A stretch of DNA of 64,000 nt from Polyangiaceae bacterium (GTDB lineage: Bacteria; Myxococcota_A; Polyangia; Polyangiales; Polyangiaceae), in the NCBI GenBank assembly GCA_044376115.1, contig JBILLK010000030.1, forward strand, positions 73,361 to 137,360, read 5' to 3'. Position numbers and translations under genes: made by a program. Positions within the stretch are counted from its first letter, which is position 1; each line of letters begins with the position of its first letter. The notes beneath the pieces were generated by a model. That model searched no databases, was not told where the DNA came from, and was given only the letters and a program-made list of their open reading frames with translations. Shown in pieces: positions 59,041 through 64,000 of this stretch.

Positions 59041-59788
59041 GGGGAAACGCGGCGCGTTATGGCTTTGGGGTGCTCTATTGCTCGCGTGCCAACCGCCGGT
59101 GAATGGCGCGCCCGGAGCCTTGGACGAAACACCCAGAGTAGCTCCGACCGCAACGACGACGGTTGCCATCTCGGCTGCCTCGTCAGCCGCCACGTCAGCC
59201 TCGGCCAACGCGAGCGAAGTGACCGATGCTCCGCCCAATTGTGGTGAGAAGCCCGACGACGTCGTGCGCAACGTCGTAATCGACGACGCGTACATTGCTT
59301 CCCATGATCTCGACGACATCATCGCTCCTGTCTATTGGTCATCGAATATCTACGCTGATGTCGCTGCCTACGACGCTTGTCTCCGCCGCTTTTCATCAGG
59401 CCAGCGGCTCATGTACGGCCTCACATGGTACCGGAACGAGGTCCAAAACGGCGGACATCACCAGTTCTACTTGAACTCCACGGGCATCGTCTGGCCCGAC
59501 GCGCTGGCTGCGCTCGAAGCGATTGGTGCGACCGAGGCAGCAAACGTACTGCGCGCTGCAAACCAGCGACTGGGTGGAACTCCGCCTCGCGATCACGACG
59601 CGCGCGTGGCCCAGCTCGAGAAGCTCAAGCCATCTACCTTCGCAGATCTCGACGACCGTTTTTTCGCTGCTGACGACGACGTGGAGGCAAAGATGCTCGC
59701 GTACGCGCGCAATGCGTTTGCCCCTAAAGTGGGTCCAGCTCGAGGAGCGGCTGAAGAGACCCTGAGGCCATCGAGAATTGACCCTTAG
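59039..59788 (+). CDS. DUF4375/DMP19-family lipoprotein
   Basis: LLA-C; EVQNGGHHQFYLNSTG, ALEAIGA, LDDRFF. Confidence 0.8.
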   Translation: MGKRGALWLWGALLLACQPPVNGAPGALDETPRVAPTATTTVAISAASSAATSASANASEVTDAPPNCGEKPDDVVRNVVIDDAYIASHDLDDIIAPVYWSSNIYADVAAYDACLRRFSSGQRLMYGLTWYRNEVQNGGHHQFYLNSTGIVWPDALAALEAIGATEAANVLRAANQRLGGTPPRDHDARVAQLEKLKPSTFADLDDRFFAADDDVEAKMLAYARNAFAPKVGPARGAAEETLRPSRIDP

Positions 59789-59812
59789 GTCCAGCAGAGG
59801 CACCTTCGGCCA

Positions 59813-61027
59813 ATGCTTAGGGGAGCTTCGCTGCTGGTGCTGGCCGTGGTCGCGTGCTCGCCGGAGGTCCTCGTTGAAGAGCCTTCGGGTTCGGACGTAG
59901 CGGTCTCTTCGAGCAGCTCGTCCAGCAGCGTGGGCGGCGGTGGCTCGGGTGCTGGCGGGTCCGGCGCAGGCGGCTCGGGCGCTGGTGCGAGCGGCGGTGG
60001 CGGCGCGGGCGGAAGCCCCGGGGTCCCAGGTTGTGAGGTCCTCGTTCGGAGCGGCGAGCTGCTGAAGGTCCCCGGCTCATTCCAAGGGCACTTACTGGAC
60101 GCAGGCGCTGGTCGTATTGGCGCGGTGTACATGGCTAACAACGGTTCACCTGGTATCTGGGCCACTCGCTCGCGCGTCTTCGACTCACAAGAACCGTGGC
60201 CGGCCTTCTGGACCGAAGAGCTCGTTAACGCCGAGAACTCGCTCGAGGTTCAGTATCCAGCCAGCTCACGTGAGGACGGGCTCATGGTGGTGAAGAGAAT
60301 GAGCGGCTGGTATGTCGCGTCCTTCTTTCAGCCTGGGGTCCTGATGCAGACTCCAGCGGGGGCTACTCCGTATGCCCGCCCGATCCTTGAGCCTTACCCC
60401 GGCGTTGGGGTGTATTGGCCCGCCGAGGGTGAGCTGCATTACTACCCAAGTTACGACGCCACCGAGCCGAGCGCTGTCTTGCCGTTTGTGGGCAACGGTC
60501 TCTTGCACGGCGTCGATGGCGATGGAGAGCTCGTGTTGGTTGGGGACGACGGGTTCTCTCTCATCCAAGAAGGTCAGCTCGTCCCGCTGGGCAACCTTGG
60601 CGTTGATCTCTCGACGGTTGAACCGGGCTTTCTGAGCCTAGTCCCGCGAGAAGGCGGCTTTTGGCTCAGCTACGTCGACGCGAACGACGCTGTTGCCATG
60701 GTCGGCGTCTCCAAGGACGGACTCACCGAGCCTTACCGCCCATTCGGCGAAGCCGCCTCTGGCTACCGAATCGACGTGACACCTTGGCGGAACGGCGTCG
60801 CCATCGCCAGCTCGGTGCAAACCCCCGAAGCGCGGCTTAGCGTCGCCGTAACCGATGGGGAGCACACGACGGTGTTGCCGATAAGCAGTGACGAGATCTC
60901 CTACTGCGAAAACGGCCTCAGCGTCGTCTCGTCCCCGGACGGAAACTCGATCTACATCGGCTATCTGCATTGCCCGCCGGACGAGGTCGCGTTTGTCGTC
61001 GAGCGCTTCGACTGTGCGTCGCCTTGA
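59813..61027 (+). CDS. Gly-linker lipoprotein with beta-rich domain
   Basis: VVA-C, Ser/Gly linker. Confidence 0.7.
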   Translation: MLRGASLLVLAVVACSPEVLVEEPSGSDVAVSSSSSSSSVGGGGSGAGGSGAGGSGAGASGGGGAGGSPGVPGCEVLVRSGELLKVPGSFQGHLLDAGAGRIGAVYMANNGSPGIWATRSRVFDSQEPWPAFWTEELVNAENSLEVQYPASSREDGLMVVKRMSGWYVASFFQPGVLMQTPAGATPYARPILEPYPGVGVYWPAEGELHYYPSYDATEPSAVLPFVGNGLLHGVDGDGELVLVGDDGFSLIQEGQLVPLGNLGVDLSTVEPGFLSLVPREGGFWLSYVDANDAVAMVGVSKDGLTEPYRPFGEAASGYRIDVTPWRNGVAIASSVQTPEARLSVAVTDGEHTTVLPISSDEISYCENGLSVVSSPDGNSIYIGYLHCPPDEVAFVVERFDCASP

Positions 61028-61043
61028 GCGGCGCGCGCAAGAG

Positions 61044-61805
61044 CTAGTGGCTTTGCGCGTAACTCTCTGCTTGTCCCTCGATGTCGTCGAGACGTCCTGG
61101 CGCCCAGTGAATGATCTCCATCGTTTGGGTATCGATGAGAATGTTGGTAAAGGTCGCGGTGATCACGCCGTCGACTTCAGGAAAGAAGTCGAAGTCGCAT
61201 ACGCCGACGATCGCTTCATTGAGCTCGAACTCCGTCCTCCAGAGCTGAGCGTCGGAGATCGGACTAAGCATGAGCAATCCCATGTAGCGAAGCCCGATGC
61301 TCTCCCACTGACCGAGTTGCTGCGAGACCAGACCGGCCTCGTGCTGGCAGATGCCTCACGTGAGTTGACTGGTTGTTATCAGCAGAGCCTTCGTTCCGCC
61401 CTGCCCCTGACAGTCGAACAAGTCAGCGGCGGTTACCGTGGTTGGTGCGTTAGAGCCCTCCACATACGCCTGCACAGAGAAGGTTGGATCGAGGATGAGC
61501 CCGGCTTGGCGGCCGTAAGGGCCCGACGGGTAATCACATACCACGGGCCCGGTGACGGTTCCGCCACCTGCACTTGCGGTCGCTCCTCCCGAGCTGGAGC
61601 TGTTCTGCCCGCCCAGTCCGCTCTCGCCTCCTGAGCTCTGACCGGTGGTCACCGACGTTGCGTTTGAGGAGGTCGAACCACCCTCAGAGGTATCGGTCTC
61701 ATCACCAAGGTCGATCTCGTCTGCGCCTGTTAGTGCGTTGCACCCAAGCGCAAACGCGAACAACCCCCAACGCCCCAGTGTGCTCCAAACAGTGCGAGGC
61801 CCCAT
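61044..61805 (-). CDS. Putative selenocysteine-containing redoxin/thioredoxin-fold lipoprotein (UxxC)
   Basis: In-frame TGA at 61356-61358 reads LLITTSQLT-U-GIC-QHEA and stays open through ORF 61044-61283; SECIS-like hairpin follows. Confidence 0.8.
61323..61341 (-). promoter_or_regulatory. Candidate bacterial SECIS element
   Basis: CGAGGCC-GGUCU-GGUCUCG 7-bp stem; the loop starts with G, 21 nt after the UGA. Confidence 0.7.
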
Positions 61806-61883
61806 GTGCGAACGTTATTCGCAATTTGCCCGGCTCGTCAACTTGAATGACAGATTGGGCCGCGCGGCCGATCGTATTGGGGC

Positions 61884-62609
61884 TCACCAGTGGAGGTCCA
61901 CCGGTTCTGTAGAGCTGCAGCGCGAGGACGCACCGCCGAGCTTGTTTAGTGCACTATCGGCTTCACGGTAGGCTTGAACGTCGCGGACTGCGGAGCGCTC
62001 CTTGAATTGGGCCAAGGCAACGCGGGCGCGCTTGTCATTGCCCAACTCACTGTAAGACAGCCCCAAATACAGATAGGCCTTATCCAAGATGCCCACCGTC
62101 CCGTCTTTGGCCAGCGCACGCTCAATCACCGTGGCCGCCTGTGCAAAGCGCTTGCGACGGTAGAGCACAATCCCGCGCGCCAAGAGCTCAGTAGCGTTCT
62201 CCGAACGCAGCTCGTCGAACATCCAGCCGCTCGCCAACATGCTCTCCGCCAGCACCAGCGCGCCAACCGGTTCCATCGCCACGAGCGGCGCAAAGGCGGC
62301 AGTCGCCGTTATCAATGTAGCGGTCGCTGCATTAGCGTCTTGGACAGCGTCATCGGCGACGTCCTCGTACAGTTCGCGCCACTCCAATACCTCGTCGCGA
62401 CAACTGAGCTTGCTGCCGGTCAGCGGATCACGAAGCAAGAGCACGGTCGCCTCGACGCTCGGATCGTCGCTGCCGTCGTTCTCGGCCATCACATAGCCGT
62501 GAAAGGCCGGTGAATAGCGTGCGCTATTGCCGTAAACGCCAGGTGCCGATGCGCAGCCGGTTGCGCCTATCGCCGTGAGCAGCGCCGCCCAAAGCAGCTT
62601 GGTGTTCAA
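61884..62609 (-). CDS. TPR-containing lipoprotein
   Basis: ATG-C (Ala-Thr-Gly-Cys) lipobox-like; KAYLYLGLSYSELG; start uncertain. Confidence 0.7.
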   Translation of the reverse strand: MNTKLLWAALLTAIGATGCASAPGVYGNSARYSPAFHGYVMAENDGSDDPSVEATVLLLRDPLTGSKLSCRDEVLEWRELYEDVADDAVQDANAATATLITATAAFAPLVAMEPVGALVLAESMLASGWMFDELRSENATELLARGIVLYRRKRFAQAATVIERALAKDGTVGILDKAYLYLGLSYSELGNDKRARVALAQFKERSAVRDVQAYREADSALNKLGGASSRCSSTEPVDLHW

Positions 62610-62714
62610 GTCACTAAAAACAAAAGGTACTCCGTGCCCAATCTTCGAGCAAGATAGCATAGTACTACTCCCAATGAGGTAGTGAGTTGTTGTTAGTTGG
62701 CTCGCAACGCTTGA

Positions 62715-63611
62715 CTACAAGCGGCCAATCACTGCGAGATCGAGCTGAGCCATCACACCGATCCCGCTGTCTTGGCCCGCCGTTGCGGGCGGAGGCAAGC
62801 TGACGCCATACCAACGTTGGGTCGACGGTAAGAGCGACCAATCGCTGGTTGAGCTGGCCACATGAGGCAGCACCGGCGCCTCCCACGCTTCATTCGCCAC
62901 AGGCTGGCGCCATTCACGCGGAACCACCGCCGCCGTTGTCGTCGGGGCTTCTGTGGGCCGCACGCCGGCTGGCGCCACCGCTGCCACGCTGACCGGCTCG
63001 ACTTCCGCGGCTTCGCGCTGCGTCCCAAGCTCGCGCTGCGGCCGAGGCTGGCTTGCGGCTCGCGGACGAACCTGAGCGAGCAGCGCACCCGAGTTGGGCA
63101 CCACCGGCGCGTCCGGTGTCGGCGTTGGTGGCGGCGTAACGCTGGGCACGCTGGGCTCAGGCACCGCGGGCTCGAGCGGGGCTTGGCGCTCCGGCGCTGT
63201 GAAGGCTGGCAGCCCCTCAAAGTTGGGTCGCGCTTTCTCCGCGAGACCGACCGGGCGGGACACCCAAACCACGGCAAAGCAAGCCGCGACGGCCAAAAGC
63301 GCGATCGCCAGCGCCATGGAACCAGCTCGCGAGCGGCGCACCTTGAAGGCCCCCGAGCGGCGCTGCCACTCACCAGCCTCGAGCGGCGGCGTCGCGCTAA
63401 CCACAGCGCGAGGCTGAGCCTTGTCGCGCTGAGAACCTCCGAAGAGCTGCCCGAGCAGCTGATCTTCATAGTCGTCGGCTAGCGCCGCCGGCTCGGCTTG
63501 CCAGCCGATTTGCGCGCAGAACCGGCTCCAATCGGCGTCCTGACCGCCTTGGACTGAGCGCCCACCACGCAGCAACACGAGGCTCGGCTGCACTTTGCGC
63601 GGCCTGTTCAT
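62715..63611 (-). CDS. Single-TM Pro-rich protein, possible anti-sigma factor
   Basis: ATGA overlap with the upstream sigma-like gene; one TM. Confidence 0.55.
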   Translation of the reverse strand: MNRPRKVQPSLVLLRGGRSVQGGQDADWSRFCAQIGWQAEPAALADDYEDQLLGQLFGGSQRDKAQPRAVVSATPPLEAGEWQRRSGAFKVRRSRAGSMALAIALLAVAACFAVVWVSRPVGLAEKARPNFEGLPAFTAPERQAPLEPAVPEPSVPSVTPPPTPTPDAPVVPNSGALLAQVRPRAASQPRPQRELGTQREAAEVEPVSVAAVAPAGVRPTEAPTTTAAVVPREWRQPVANEAWEAPVLPHVASSTSDWSLLPSTQRWYGVSLPPPATAGQDSGIGVMAQLDLAVIGRL

Positions 63612-64000
63612 GACGCCGCCTTTCGGTTCTTTTCGAGCAGGTCGAGCGAGTCTTGCCACCTTCGGGTCAGCTCATCCAACGTGAGTCCGAAGTCGTTCGC
63701 GATCTGCAGTCGCGTCTTTGCGCTGAAGCGCAGCTCGGCCAAGAGCTCCGCGTGGTCCCGCGACAAAAGCTCGTAATAGGAGGCCAATTCCTCCGCCGCC
63801 CGCCTGGCCTTGAACAGCCGGCCGGTGAACGCGGAGGTCGTCAGCCCCAGCTCCTGCGCGACCAGCGCGTCATTGCGACGCCCGGCTGAAAGGCTCGCCG
63901 TTAGCACCTCCGAAAGATCGTGCGGTAGGCGGCTCACCACCCAGTGAAGCCGCTCAAAGGCGTGCAGCGACTCTTCGGGTGAACCGCTCCAATCACTGGC
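63608..64000 (-). CDS. ECF sigma-factor-like protein, C-terminal part
   Basis: SPEESL...SRLP...VAQELGLTTSAFTGRLFKARR region-4-like; the frame is open to the window edge. Confidence 0.55.
   Translation of the reverse strand, partial: ASDWSGSPEESLHAFERLHWVVSRLPHDLSEVLTASLSAGRRNDALVAQELGLTTSAFTGRLFKARRAAEELASYYELLSRDHAELLAELRFSAKTRLQIANDFGLTLDELTRRWQDSLDLLEKNRKAAS

Overview
High-GC window that looks myxobacterial (Polyangiales/Sorangiineae-like). This is an inference from three Ser/Thr kinases, TPR/PEGA-type partners, a MYXO-CTERM-like tail, a DUF1592/DUF1552 pair and many Gly-linker or Cys-rich lipoproteins. I recognised no rRNA, tRNA, CRISPR, integrase or transposase. Most of the window is accessory envelope, lipoprotein and regulator genes. 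Two things stand out. (1) A visibly AT-richer island (~39.0-52.85 kb) carries a repeated, apparently undescribed module: a tiny Gly-tethered lipoprotein ending in CVLxxxQxDNCxL, followed by secreted fibre-like proteins with an invariant N-terminal FxAGETLTAAKLNxNFxDL motif, a coiled coil and a variable head. There are 3 intact fibre genes, 1 head remnant, 1 intact anchor and 1 decayed anchor. They are interleaved with 4 paralogous LuxR-type regulators, a recurring TGACTA motif and an 81-bp duplicated gene end. (2) The two ORFs at 61044-61805 (-) are probably one selenoprotein, a redoxin-fold lipoprotein with an in-frame UGA giving UxxC and a SECIS-like hairpin. At least six genes are broken by 1-2 nt indels in homopolymer or dinucleotide runs, which suggests long-read assembly errors rather than true pseudogenes. 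Family names are from motif recognition by eye; no database searches were run.
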